Source: Isurus oxyrinchus (lineage: Eukaryota). Taken from it: a stretch of DNA of 64,000 nt. Positions within the stretch are counted from its first letter, which is position 1. Each line of letters opens with the position of its first letter. Below the pieces are notes generated by a model, which was not told the origin of the DNA, did not search any database, and saw nothing but the letters and a program-made list of their open reading frames with translations. Shown here in pieces: positions 11,901 through 24,761 of this stretch. The position numbers were made by a program, and so were the translations under genes. Location: the NCBI GenBank assembly GCA_026770705.1, contig JANJGN010000031.1, positions 1,178,001 to 1,242,000 on the forward strand. The letters run 5' to 3'.

Positions 11901-13033
11901 GTGGGTAAATGTGAAATACGTTGTTGGTTTAAAACACTTGATACACTATTGCTATGTTCTTCAAAACGCCGTTTCTTTCCCATGTCCCACTTAACAATGA
12001 AAATATCATGAATCTCATTACGCCTTGCAAGATTTATAACACATTCATGTGGCATCAGACCAACAAAGAAATGCACTGCGAAGTGTAACAATATATGTTA
12101 TGGTAGACATGTCGTCTTGTTTTGAAATTTGGAGACCTGTATGAGATTTTGCCTCGGGAGAATTATTGGTTAAAGTAGGATCCAGAATAGAGGAGGCTAT
12201 AAGGACTGAACCTAATTGCCTACTCTTAATCCACACTTTATGATCTTCTGACAAAAGCCAGGCGAATATGCTTCAGTTTTTAGCCTTCTTTTGAGCAATC
12301 CCATTCTTGAACAATGTTGTGCAGTTTGATAATATTAAGATCCTGATAATGAGATGTCCTGAAGTGAATATCCATTGTTTGTAATTGCAGAAAATTGCAA
12401 GGCCTAGTTGTTCTTGTTAGAAAATAAATTGACCAATGCGCTGTTAGATTATAGAACCTTACACCCCCCAAAAGGACTTTCGGCCCATCTTATTGTATCC
12501 GGCTCTTTGAAAGAGTTATCAATTTCGTCGAACTCATCCTGTCCTTTCCAAATAGCTGTGTAATTTGCTCCTCGTTGAGTATCATCCAATCCTCTGTTGA
12601 AATTTAGCATTTATCCTGTTTCCAGTACCTTTTCACGTTGAGCATTCCATGTCATAGCAACTGGCTGCTTAAAGAAATAACTCCTCATCAAAACTTCCGC
12701 TCTTTTATCAATCGCCTTCATTTTTTGTTCTCTGCTTACAAAACCTCTGGCTGGTGGAAATATCTTCTCCATAATCTACTCCAACAAAATCCTCCCTGGC
12801 TTTGAACGAGTCCACTAATTGTCCCCTTAACCTTCTCTCGGACAAGAACCTTATCTTCTCCAGTCCCTTTACATAACTGAGCTCCCTCATCCACCATTTT
12901 ATTTAATCTAATTTGCGCACTTTCCAAGGACATGCCATCTTTCCTAAAGTGTGGTGTTTAGAAATTGGTGCGCGACTCCAGCTGGGGCCTAAATTAAGAC
13001 CTAATAGTTTTACCACTGACCTGCAGCATTGTG

Positions 13034-13089
13034 CTAATCTCAGAGCTCGATGTATTCTTTTGGTCCTGGGACTAAGCTGTCAGTTCTAG
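13034..13089 (+). pseudogene. TRBJ: J-beta pseudogene *SQSSMYSFGPGTKLSVL
   Basis: good RSS agttttacc(13006-13014)-12-cattgtg(13027-13033); in-frame TAA 13035-13037; expected donor at 13090 reads AT, and the next GT (13094) is in the wrong phase. Confidence 0.85.
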
Positions 13090-14601
13090 ATAGGTAAACA
13101 ACAATGTATCATAGCATTTAACCTTTAATTTTCTACAAGTGTTCATTCCTTGTTTTGTAATTGGTTGAAAGCTCACAAATGGAAACAAAGGCTGGGTAAC
13201 TTGGAGTAAATTTGAATTGCAAGATGAAGAATGTACAATGACACTGTTATTAAATAAGCTGGTTACAAGAGTTCTCAACATGCACCTTTTCGACTCCAGC
13301 TTTCAACATCTTAAACACCTCTATAAAGTCCTACTCAGCCAAGATAAGTAGAAATATACATGGAACCAGAACTGGGACCAGTTTCTGATGTTCATATATC
13401 TGAGTTAAGTTATATTTGATACATTGTGCACAGTTCTAGAGTCCATATATCTGTGCTGCGAGTCTAGCCAAGTCACTATGTGTGTTTACCATAATTTCCG
13501 TGCTTTCAATTGCCCTACCTTTGGAATTGATTAGGCTAGGGAAGGCCAGATGAATCTAGGCATTGCTGTTAGTCAAATCAAAATTGTACAGGGGAGCCAG
13601 GTAAAAACATATCCTGCAATGATATGGCCCCAGCAATTTTGATATTGCTAGTTAACACGGTACTCTTGATCAAACTTGCCTCTCTACCTCGGCGTTCGCA
13701 AAACACTGTACTTGGGTATTATTTTTATAGTTTCAAGGGATAGGGGTATCGCGGTCAAGGCCAGCATTTGCTGCCTATCCCTCATTTCTGTTGAACTGAG
13801 TGGCTTGATAGGTAGATTCCTTCAATAAAGGATAGTAGTGAACCAGATGGGTTTTTACAACAATCGATGATAGCTTCATGGTCACCATTGCTGAGATTAG
13901 CTTTATACTCCGGGTTTATTAATTGAATTTAAATTCCACCAGCTCTAATGGGGAAGATTTAAATCCATGCCCCCAAAACATTAGCCTGGGCCACTTGATT
14001 ACTAGTTGTGGGACACTCCCAGTAGGTCATCACCTCCGAATTACACATGTAAAACTGAATAATTTCCTCTTCCAATAGTCAGTCACACGGCATTTAGTTT
14101 CATTAATTTGACAAAAGATAGGCAATGTTCAACAAGCACTCATTACTTTAAAAAAAATAAACTCAGCAATGAAGGGCTGCTATCGAGCTGACAATAGAAG
14201 CAAACCCTTGTCAACAATTTTCAAAAAGAGCTGGAATCCCGGCTTGTCTGCTCTGATCAAACATAAGAAGCTACAGAAGACCAGGAGGTGACAATTCACC
14301 CCTTGGCCCTGTTCTGTCATTCAGTTAGATCAGAGCTGATCTGAATTTTAGCTCCATCTAGCCATGTTTGTTTCTGTTACCATCCCTGCTCTTACCCAAC
14401 AAAAGTATTGCATGTAATAACCAAAGATTAGTCAAGGATTTAAAAGAAAAGATATTGGAGAGAAAAAGGCTCTTGTCTCTCTTCATGAAAATAATTACAT
14501 TGAGTAGTCAAAGATTTGTTTTTAAACCTCTGATGAACCAGAATTCAAAGCCTTGATTTCAAGCCAGAGATCAGTAGCAAGAACCAAATAGCTTAACAAT
14601 T

Positions 14602-14873
14602 CAACATCTATATCTCCTTTTGTCTATGACATCCTTTGGCTATTTCTACCAATCGCTGGCCCCTCTATCCAGCTCTACTTGCCCCACCCCCCTTAAACCT
14701 GCTTATATTTCATCTCTCTTCTATTTTTCCTTAGTTCTGTTGAAGAGTCATACGGACTCGAAACGTTAATGTGTTCCTCTCCGCTGATGCTGTCAGACCT
14801 GCTGAGTTTTTCCAGGTATTTTTGTTTTTGTTTTGGATTTCCAGCATCTTCACTTTTTTTGCTTTTATTCTTT
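14602..14873 (+). mobile_element. Penelope-like element 3' terminal fragment with 13-bp target-site duplication
   Basis: tagcttaacaatt at 14589-14601 and 14874-14886; body matches the 3' end of the GIY-YIG element at 48490-49722. Confidence 0.8.
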
Positions 14874-15824
14874 TAGCTTAACAATTTCGCTCTATATGCT
14901 AAATTAATAAAGAGTTTGAGTTACTTTCTAGGAATATGGAAATCACTGGCATTCATTTCCCATCCCCTTTTTGCCCCGAGGAGATGCTACTGGGCATGCT
15001 CTTTGAAACACTGGTAGCTGGTTTAGACACAAGTGAAGGGCTTCTTCAGAGAATAGTTAAGAGTCAAGCATGTTGTTTTGAACTGGACTCACAAATAAGT
15101 GCGGACTGAGTAAGGATGTCAGGTTTCCCTGCCTAAACCAGATTAATAAACCAACTGGGTTTTTAATGACAACCCAACAGCTTCTGCACAGAAGGATTTC
15201 ATTCAGCCCATAATATCTCTGTCAGTTTACTGAAAGAGTTTATCCAATTAGTGTTATCGGCAAGATTTCAGCATGATTTAGCAACATTTTCATTTGTCAA
15301 AATAGATGCAATCGGTTTGAAAGTTATTGTCGAACGTACTTCTGCTGATGGCCCTGATGAAACATTTCCGGTCATACCTATTCACTCATAAAAATAAAAT
15401 TCACCCCCTCACCCCTGTATTTTGGTAATGATAGCGCCTCCTGTGGTGATCAACTCATCTGCCTGTAGAAGCAGCTCATACGTTTTTACTCGATGAAAAT
15501 CCTTCACATTCTATTAAAACTCCCCTTAACCTTCTCTGTTCTGAAGAGAACAACGCCAGCTTCTCCAGTCTGCCCACATTGACTGAAGCCCCTAATCCTT
15601 GGTACTATCCTGGTACATTTGCTCTGAACCCTCTCAAATGCCTTCACATCCTTTACCAAGAGTGCAGCCCAGATGTGGAAATAATTCCTAGCTAAGTTAT
15701 TTCCAGTTAGATGATTTAAACACCAGAAACTTCATTCCAGTAGTTACTTCCCCTAGATATAAACATGCATGACGTGAAAGCAATGACTCGATTCATATTT
15801 GTAATGCAGCGGCTGTTAGCTGTG

Positions 15825-15880
15825 TTGCAATAACGCAAATTATTTTTATTGAGATGAAGCTAAGGTTTCAGTGCCAGCGG
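15825..15880 (+). pseudogene. possible highly decayed J relic (NYFY*DEAKVSVP)
   Basis: agctgtg heptamer-like 15818-15824; codons tga gat gaa gct aag gtt tca gtg align to G-D-G-T-K-V-S-V; gtaatt donor-like; no properly spaced nonamer. Confidence 0.35.
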
Positions 15881-16779
15881 GTAATTAGAAAGTCACACCG
15901 GTTATTTGCTGCTTTCTGAAACTTCCATTTCTGGTGCTAAGTGATTAGCCAACTATCGAGTTTTAGGAATGCTTTAATAAGTTACAGCTGTCAATAGGTG
16001 TGGCCAGATAATGATTTTGCACTTTAGGTTTGTACCTTATCAGAGACAGGATATTCTGAGTTTCCAAGGTTTCTGCACTCATCCAATTTCGGCCCATTCG
16101 TCAGTTCCCCGTTCCATTCTCTCTACCATTAGCTGTTTTTTCTTCAGCTGCCTAGGCCCTAAACTCTGAAATTCTCTCCTTGAATCTCTCTCTCTCCCTC
16201 TGCTCTCTCATTTCTGTCATCCATTAAGTAGAGTCTCATAAGCCACATGATTTATCATATTTTGGCCATATGCACCTGATTTGGCTCGACTTCAATTATT
16301 CGCCTGAAGATCCTCTTCTACTGAGCAACTTTGAAGGTTTTTTACAGCAACAGTGGCGCTATATAAATTAAGCGCTCGTTGGGTTTCGGCTGGAATATTA
16401 TATCCAATTCCTGGCCACCAAGCATTAAGAAGGATATCACGGCATTATAGAGGCTGCAGAGGGGGTTCAGAAGATTGGCACCATGGCTGAGAGCCTTCGG
16501 CTATGTGGTGAGGCAGTAGAAGCTACATTTATCTTCCTTACGACAGCGAAGCTGAAGAGGGCATTGATGATGTTGTTCCCTTTATAATGGTATTATAAAG
16601 TTTTATAGGCAATTAATTAAAAAAATCAGACAATATAAACGAAAAATAATTAAGGACGCATTACGGAGTGGCATGAAAGGTGTTCCTAGTGATACAATTG
16701 TTGCTGTTTGGATCAAAATTAAACTGGGGTTCAGGCTTTTTTTAATTTGAAAATGTTTCGACAACAATGCTTCATGGCG

Positions 16780-16830
16780 CTCAAGGTACTTTCTTCTATT
16801 TCGGCTCTGGTACCAAACTAAATCCTTTAA
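16780..16830 (+). pseudogene. TRBJ: J-beta ORF/pseudogene QGTFFYFGSGTKLNPL
   Basis: FGSGTKL motif; heptamer catggcg 16773-16779 (GTG changed to GCG); poor nonamer; donor gtaaag at 16831. Confidence 0.75.
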
Positions 16831-17830
16831 GTAAAGACGCAATGTCTGTCATCAGCAGCTCAAGTGGTTAAGAAAGAGATTGCTGCTCAAAATGTCCAGT
16901 GTGCAACACTCTTGCCACCAAGTCAAGGAGTCATGGATTCAAGTCCAGCTCGAGGCTTGACTCCATAACCCAGGCTCGGATTTTCAGCACTGCCGAATGG
17001 TCAGCACTGAACGTGTGCTGCGCTGCTGGAGGACAATGCTGACCAAGTACTGCACTGCCAGGAGGTTAGTACTGAGGCAGTACCATAATGTTTATTGTGC
17101 AATACTTCGGATGCGACATTATGCTAATTAGATTCTATCAGCCCTTTCGGGTGGGCGGAATCCCAGACCTAAGTGAAGTGGCTTGACCTACCGCCTTGAC
17201 ACCCTTCTCAATGCATGGTGGCCAAGGATTGTGTTTAATACTCCAGCCGAAGCCTAACCAGTGCTTAATTTATATAACGCCACTGTTGCTGTAAAAAACC
17301 TTCGAAGGTGCTCAGTAGAAGAGCAACTCAGGCAAATACTTGAAGTGGAGCAACATAATGTGCATATGGCCAAAATTTGAAAAAAGTTATGTGGCTTATG
17401 AGATGCTTCTTAACGGAGGACAAAAATGAGAGAGCAGAGGGAGCAGAGCAGAATTCCTCCACTGTGTCCTAGGGCCAATATTTATCACTCAACCAACATC
17501 AGTAATACTATGATGTGGTAATTTATCCAATTGCTGTTGTGGGACCTTAACTTTACATAATTAGGATGTAGGGCGTTATAACATTCTAACATTGAGTACT
17601 GCTCAAAACAATCAATCCTTTGCCCCTAAATTTGGTTGCATGTCGTGAAAGGAGCTCGCAAGTTCTCAATTTAAGCTATACAGTCCTCCCAAACCCAGTC
17701 TCATATCCTAAAGGAGTGAATGCATTTGCACAGCATCGATGTTAAATGCCTCCCAGATGAATGGTTGCCATACCTGGGCCGGATATCTTTCACTGTAGCT
17801 TTGTTTTACGAACGTCAAGCCAACTTCATG

Positions 17831-17866
17831 TTATTTTGGAGAACGGGATTATATTAACAGCTGTTG
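17831..17866 (+). pseudogene. TRBJ: frameshifted J relic YFG/NGIILTAV
   Basis: tat ttt gga (g) aac ggg att ata tta aca gct gtt g|gtaaat; one extra base in FGxG; no intact heptamer. Confidence 0.55.
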
Positions 17867-18199
17867 GTAAATCGCGGCGAATCAGTTGAAAGCGCCTTGA
17901 GTACGAGGAACGGGAGAAGATTCCCGTCTGCTTGTTACAGGTGTACAAATATTAATTACAAAGAATTCACAGCCTATAAATAGGCCATTCGGCCCAACCA
18001 TGCACCACCCGAGCCTCCTCCCATCCCTCCTCATCTAATCCGAAATCATGTCTTCCTATTTCTTTCGCAATTATATCTTGATCCAGCTTCCCATATAAAT
18101 GCATCCATACTATTAGCTTCAAGCCCTCTCGTAGCGAATTCTACATTCTCACCACCCCTTGAGTAAAAACGTTTTTCCTGAAATCTCTAATGGAATTAT

Positions 18200-21120
18200 T
18201 GTGATTAAAAGACCATTCAATTGCATGTTAAGTTTGTAAACGACATACTCCAATTACAAACAAGAATCTTAAGCTCAGACAAAGCCAGTTACATAGGTAT
18301 CGGGGCTTGGTTCCTCGCAATAAATTAAGGATCGTATTAGATTAAAAGAAGAGGCTTGCAATGTTGCAAAAAAAACAGTAGCAAATCAGAGGATTAGGAA
18401 TATTTCAGAAAGCAGCACAGAGCCATCAGGATTTTGATAATAAGTGAAGAACATACAATATGAGTGTAAACAAGTCAGGAATATAAAGAATATAACGAAT
18501 GTAAGACCTTTTACAAGTACATAAAGTGGAATAGGGTAGATAAAGTAAATGTTGTCCCTTTAGGAACAAAGGAGAAATTATCATGGGGAATGAGGAAATA
18601 GAGATATTGAACAGTAGAAGAAACACATTTCATACAGGAAATGGATGACATCTTAGGTGCTAAAGGGAGTGAGGAAATTATGGAAATTAATATAATCAAA
18701 GGAAAAATATTGTCGAAACTGGAGGGAGTATAATCTGACAAATCTGTGGGACCTGCGTCCTAAGTTTCTGAAAGAGATAGATGCGGAGACAGCGGATGTG
18801 CTAGCTATGATTTTCCAAAACTTTGCAGATTCAGAACGGTCACATTAGGTTTGCAGTTGCCAATTGTTGCACCACCTTTCAAGAACGGAGAGAGAGAGAG
18901 AAAAAACGTTGAACTACAGGCCAATTATCCTAGCATCAGCTGTAGGAAAACTGCTGGAATCTGTTATACAGAAGTCTTAACAATAAGCCCAGAAAAGAAG
19001 AGTATGATTAGAAGAAGCCAAAATGATTTTATGAAAGGAACTTCTGTTTGTGAAATGGAAGCTCAGTATAGTTTCCGCCACTCAGCTCCTAGCAGCATTA
19101 CAGCCTTGGTTCAAACATGGATAAAAGAGCTGAACCCCAGACGTGAGGTGAAAGTGATTGCCCTTAACATCAAGGCAGCATGTCGCCAAGTGTGACATCA
19201 AAGAGCCCTAGCAAGGGGTTGCGCTTTCAAACCAGCTGATGTTAATTGTGCTTATATTCTCTGGAGCTTAGAAGAATGAGAGGCAACCTCATTGAAACCT
19301 CCACTGGTTGGGGTCATTCCTAACAAAAAAAGGAAGGCGGTTTTGGTCGCTGGAGGTCAACCATCTCAGTTCCAGGACATCGCTACAGGAGTTCCTCAAG
19401 GGAATGTCCTCTGTCTAACCATTTCCAAACGCTTCACAAATGACCTTCCTTCGATCAAATGGTCGGTAGTGGGATGTTCGCTGATGATTGCACAATGTTC
19501 AGCACCATTCACGACTCCTCAGATACTGAAGCAGTCGTGTACAAATGCAGCAAGACCTGGACATTGTCCAGGCTTGGGCTGACAAATGGCAAGGAACTTT
19601 CACGCCACCCATGTGCTAGTAAATGATCATCTTCAACAAGAGAGAATATAACCATCGCCCCTTGATGTTTAATGGCAGTACCATCGCTGGATCCCCCACT
19701 AGCAACATAATGGGTATTGCCATTGATCAGAAACTGAACTGGACTAGTCGTATAAACACTGTGGCTACAAGAGCAGGTCAGAGGCTCGGAATACTGTTGC
19801 GAGTAACTCATCTCCTGAATCTCTAAGGTCTGTCCACCATCTACAAGGCACAAGTCATGAGTGTGATGGAATACGCCCGACTTGCCTGGATGAGTGCCGC
19901 TCCCACTACACTCAAGAAGGATGACATCATCCAGGCCATATCAGCCTGCTTGATTGGCATCCCTTCCACAAACAGTCCCTCCACCTCCGAGGCACAGTGA
20001 CACAATATGTACCATCCACAAGATGCACTGCAGAAAGTCACCAAAATTCTCCTTAGACAGCACCTTCTAAACCACGAACACTGCCATCGAGAAGGGCAAG
20101 GACAACAGGCAGATGGCACCATCACCACTGGAATCTCCATTCCAAGTGACTCAGCATCCTGACTTGTAAATATATCCCCGTTCCTTCACTGTCACTGGGT
20201 CAAAGACCTGGAACACAGTCCCTAACAACACTGTGACTATATCAACGCCACGTGGACCACAGCGGTTCAAGAAGGCTGCTCCCCATCACCTTCTCAAAGG
20301 CAACTTGGGATGGACGATAAATGCTGGCTCACATCCCTTAAACAAATCAAAAAAACATACATTTTTTTGAGGATGTAGCTAGCAGGGTAGTTAAAGCGGA
20401 ATCAGTAGATGTCTTATACCCAGATATTCAATAGGTTTGAAAAAGTTGACCACACAAGGTTAATAGGCAAGATAAAGGCTCGTGCAATTTGGGGTAGTGT
20501 TTTAGCATGAGTAGAGGATTAGCTTCCGGATAGAAAACAAAAAGTGGGCATAAATGGGAATTTGTTTCAAGTTGGCAGGCAGTGAATAGCAGAGTGCGAC
20601 AAGAATCAGTGCTCAAGCCTCAGCTATTTGCCATCTACATTAATGACTTCGATGATGGGACAGCGAGAAATATATCACAGTTTGCTTATGATACAAATTT
20701 AAGTAGGATGTTAAGCTGTGAGGAGTACGGAGAAAGGCTGAAACGTGATACAGGCATGTTAAGTCAATGGGTAACGAGATGACAGACACAGTATAACACA
20801 GGGAGGTTTGAAGTTATTCACTTTGGCCCTAAGAATAGAGAAGCAGAACATCTTTTATAACGTAAGAAACTTGTAAGTCTTGATATTGTAAGGGAACCAG
20901 TCAAAGGAACTCAAAAATCTTTGGAAATTTCTACCCAAGTGGCTTGTGCTCCATCGCTGAATGCGTTCAAAGCTGGGATAAACAGATTGTTGATCTCTCA
21001 GGGAATTAAGAGATATGGGGAGCAGCTAGCAAAATGGATTTGAATCCCAAGACCAGTTGTGATCGTACTGAATAGTGGAGCAGGCTCAATGAGCCGTATG
21101 GTCTACCCTTCCTCCTTTTC
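18200..21120 (+). mobile_element. decayed CR1-type LINE with a different LINE (about 19040-20345) nested inside its RT region
   Basis: CR1 ORF2 motifs break after ...QNDFMKG at about 19040 and resume at FFEDVASRV (about 20362) and LFAIYINDFD; the insert has its own RT motifs (GVPQGNVL, DQKLNWTSRINT) and 3' tail. Confidence 0.75.
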
Positions 21121-22283
21121 CTGTGCTGTTGTGTTCTTTCCGACTATCTTACATTTATGCTTCATTCGTGTTACATATCGCCCTAGTCCACTACCCACCC
21201 ATCCCCTACTCCTCCCCAGCACACACACGCATACACGCACATATATACATACACACATACAAGAGTAGGAAAATGTTTTCCATGCCTGTCCGTTCAAAGC
21301 TTTCAGCATCTTAAGCATTCTATTCATTCAGCACTCAGTCCACCATTTTCTAAAGAAAAGATCTCCAGCCTTTCATTCTAATTACTTCAACGAATCATTG
21401 GTTCAACATTCAGACCAAAAAATGCAACAAGATTGGGAATCATTTGCTGTATTGTTGATGGTAACGTTTCAATCGAATAAAATCCGTGTCTAATATTTAG
21501 GCAGCCTCGCAGGTAATCGATTGCAAACCCAGACACTTTAATATTGCAAAATTAAATATCTTAATTGAAAATGAAACTCACTCATTTAAGATGATTGTCA
21601 AAAAAAAGAGGGGAGATGAGGATTTTTTTTCTTAAAGTCCGAGTTGTTTAATCCGGTATGCATTGCCTGACATGGTGATCTAAGCAATTTTTACAAAGCA
21701 AATGGAAGGGACTTTGAGGAGATCAACCTGAGACCAATTTACTCTCTCATGACAGAAGGGTGAGGCGGTGGAAGTGGGACTAACTTGACACCTCTACAAA
21801 AGTGCCTGCACTCACGTGATGGGTTGAACAGCCTCTTTATTTACCATAGTAGTTTATGAGTGCAATGAATAAATTGTTGATCACATGTGGAGAGCTTGGC
21901 ATACTTAGAATTGGAAAAAAAACACTACAGGGGCAGAGTAAATGATAGACCAGTCAATTGATGACAAGTTGGTCCATAATTCAGATCACACTTTCAGATT
22001 GACAGAAAAATATCTTATGCTTGATATAGAATTACATGTCACTTAGTGATCTAATTACCGACTCACACCATTTCTGGTCAAAAAGTAAAAAGCACTCACA
22101 TCTTGCAAACTGATTCGGTGGTTTATTGTAATGCGTGGCATCGTAGTTAGGAAGCAGGTTTCCTCTGAACTTAGCATTAAGTTAATTGTTCTACGTCTGA
22201 AACGTTATATTGTTTAAACTCCTTGGACTGTTTTCATCCTCATCCATGTTCTCTCCATTTAGTTTTGTTTAATTCCCACACAG

Positions 22284-22631
22284 ATAAGAATGACAAAATT
22301 AGCAATGCCAAAGTTTCTATCTTTGAACCCTCCCCTGAAGAAATTAAGAAGGGGAAAGCGACTGTGGTTTGCCTTGTAACTGATTTCTACCCCGACAACA
22401 TCGAGATCAACTGGTTCGTCGATGACATGGTGAAGAAGGCCAACGACCCAAGCATTCAGACTGACCTCAATTCCATCTCAACTGAAGGGAACAAATCCTT
22501 TAGCATCAGCAGTCGCCTGAGGCTCGATGCCCAAGATTGGATCTGGGTTAAGACAATTACGTGCACAGTGAAGCATTATATTGGAGCATCAGATGTTCGT
22601 GAATCTAATTACACGCTACACATCAAAGCTG
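22284..22631 (+). CDS. TRBC: TCR beta constant exon 1 (Ig C1 domain)
   Basis: acceptor cacacag; (D)KNDKISNAKVSIFEPSPEEIKKGKATVVCLVTDFYPDNIEINW...FSISSRLRL...ITCTVKHY...LHIKA; FEPS-EI, KAT-VCL, FYPD and SSRLR are C-beta hallmarks; phase-1 donor gtaggt. Confidence 0.97.
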
Positions 22632-22952
22632 GTAGGTCATCAAAATGGCCCATGCCATTCCATTTTAGCTTCAGAGGAAGCAAGATCTTGCACTTATGTA
22701 GTGCCCGTGCCGTTCTCAATGAAAGAGTAACCACGTAGATGAATCTGTAAATCAATAAATGACTAAATAAATCATTCAAAAAACACATGGAACATGTAAA
22801 TGTACTCGGAAACAATGTTAAAAACTATATTAACACGACTGTCATAATGTATCGGGATGAGTGTGACTTACAAATGTGATCATCTGCAAATACACACTAA
22901 TTTCATAAAGCATCTGGTGCTAAATGGTTGCTTTTATTTTCATTTCTTTCAG

Positions 22953-22973
22953 TAACCTGCGGTGTAAGTAAAG
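22953..22973 (+). CDS. TRBC: TCR beta constant exon 2 (hinge, (V)TCGVSK)
   Basis: polypyrimidine tract + cag; 21-bp phase 1-1 exon carrying the interchain Cys; donor gtaagc. Confidence 0.92.
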
Positions 22974-22989
22974 GTAAGCCTCTATATCC

Positions 22990-23520
22990 TTTTATTTGCT
23001 TCTGGGCAACGCGCTTTAGGAAGAGTAGAGAGTCCTGAAGAGGGCGCAAAGAAGACTGACGAAAATGATTCCAGGGATGGGGTTTCAGCTGAAAGGTTAG
23101 TTTGGAAAATCTGAGATTGCTCTCCTTGGAAGAAAGGAGGATTGAGGGAAGATTTGATGGCGGTGTACAAGATAATGATAGATTTGGATAATGTAGACAA
23201 AGGCACGCTGTCCCATTACCTGATGGCATAAGGACAAGGGGACACACATTTATGGTTTTGGGCAAGAGATGCAGCTGTAATGCGAGAAAGAGCATTTCTT
23301 TCATGCACAAAAAGGTAATGAACTGAAATGGCCTTGGATGTGTTGGAAGCGAAGAATGCCAATGATTTCGAAAGGAAATTGGATGGACAATTGAAAGAAA
23401 GAAAGTTGCAGGGCTACAGAAATAGAGCAGGGGAATGGGGTTAACTGAACAGCTCTACAGAGACGGCATAGGCTGGACGAGCCGAATAGCCTTCTTTTAT
23501 GACATAATAAGGCTATGACT
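22990..23520 (+). mobile_element. CR1-type LINE 3' fragment in C intron 2
   Basis: CR1 RT C-terminal and 3' UTR motifs (ttgctctccttggaagaaaggaggattgagggaagatttgat...). Confidence 0.7.
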
Positions 23521-24654
23521 TTAAATAGCCAGAGCGCCTATATTGCAATTCTGGAATTATTATCTTATCCGGTATTGCGTGCTTAGTTATTTCAACATTT
23601 GGAAACACTTGCTTTCCATTAAAAACAAAACTACCTTTGCTGCTGAGTTTATTAGAAAACTCACTTCAGGAGAAAAATGCAGCTGGCCTTTTCAGATAGT
23701 GCTGGACCAATGAATTAGTATTGAGTTCTCCTGGATTCAACTCATAGTAATACACGTTCGCTGTGATGAGGGAAAGGAAAGGCCTGGCGGTGGATGGAGG
23801 GAGTTGAGTGGAAGTGCATCAATCTTAAAACTTAAATTTCCTTCTGTGAGATCAGCTTGAATGCAGTGCAGAAACAAGAAGTGGAGTTCCCCTCTTTGGA
23901 GAAAGGGAGTTTTATGTAGTGCCTTTCAGGGCTGCAATACATTGCAAAACTCTTTGTAGCCAATGAAGTACATTGAAAGTAAACTCGCTACTATAATGTA
24001 GGGATAGCAGAAACTAGTTTGCAAATAGCAACATACCACAAAAAGCAATGAGATACGTGAGCAGATAATCTTTGTTTTGTGACATCGGTTAAGGAATAGG
24101 TTGAGGCCCAGGGCATACTGGAGAACCCAATGGTGCTACCGGATTGTTTCATTTGCCTCAAAGGGCATCAGATCATCTGTTTAAGGCCTTATCTGAAAAA
24201 TGGTTCGTCCAAACGTGCAGTGTTCCCGCTCGACTCACACTGGGACATTTGGTCTGTATTATGGGGCTCTGGATTGGGACTTGAGTGCATGATCTGGCGC
24301 CAAAGGGAGAAATCTCCCCACTGAGTTATGGCTTACACAAGCTGCGAACCCATACAATCCTGAGCTACTAATTCAGATATTGCTTCATCTTCGGTGGGTG
24401 AGGGTGGAAATGTTAGTATGATCCCCACAGGAGATAGCAGTGTTCATAATTGGACATGGCACATCATTGGAGTAGATTTACTGTATTGGGGTAAAACCTA
24501 GAGCAACTTATCACATCAAAGGAGAACATTATCTTTTTACAACTCAACTCATAGGCTGGGATCCTGAAATGTTGATATGTTCCATTTTCTAACAATAGAA
24601 TTCCTCACTTCTAGAGAACAGGAATTCCAAAGTGTACTTATATTTACTTCACAG

Positions 24655-24761
24655 AAGCGAAAATGCAAAGCATGGGAGCAGCAAAATTGACGTACCTGAT
24701 CCTGATCTGCAAAAGCATCTTTTATGGAATATTCATCTCAATACTTGCTTGGAAAACTAAG
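24655..24761 (+). CDS. TRBC: TCR beta constant exon 3 (connecting peptide + transmembrane)
   Basis: (E)AKMQSMGAAKLTYLILICKSIFYGIFISILAWKTK; conserved transmembrane Tyr...Lys...Tyr; 107 bp; acceptor acag, phase-0 donor gtaaga. Confidence 0.96.

Noticed and set aside
13679-13726. PLYLGVRKTLYL-gt, possible J relic
   Set aside because: too degenerate and no properly spaced RSS
17227-17257. gattgtg followed by NTPAEA, resembling a J 5' end
   Set aside because: lies in the inverted duplicate of a CR1-derived sequence; no FGxG follows
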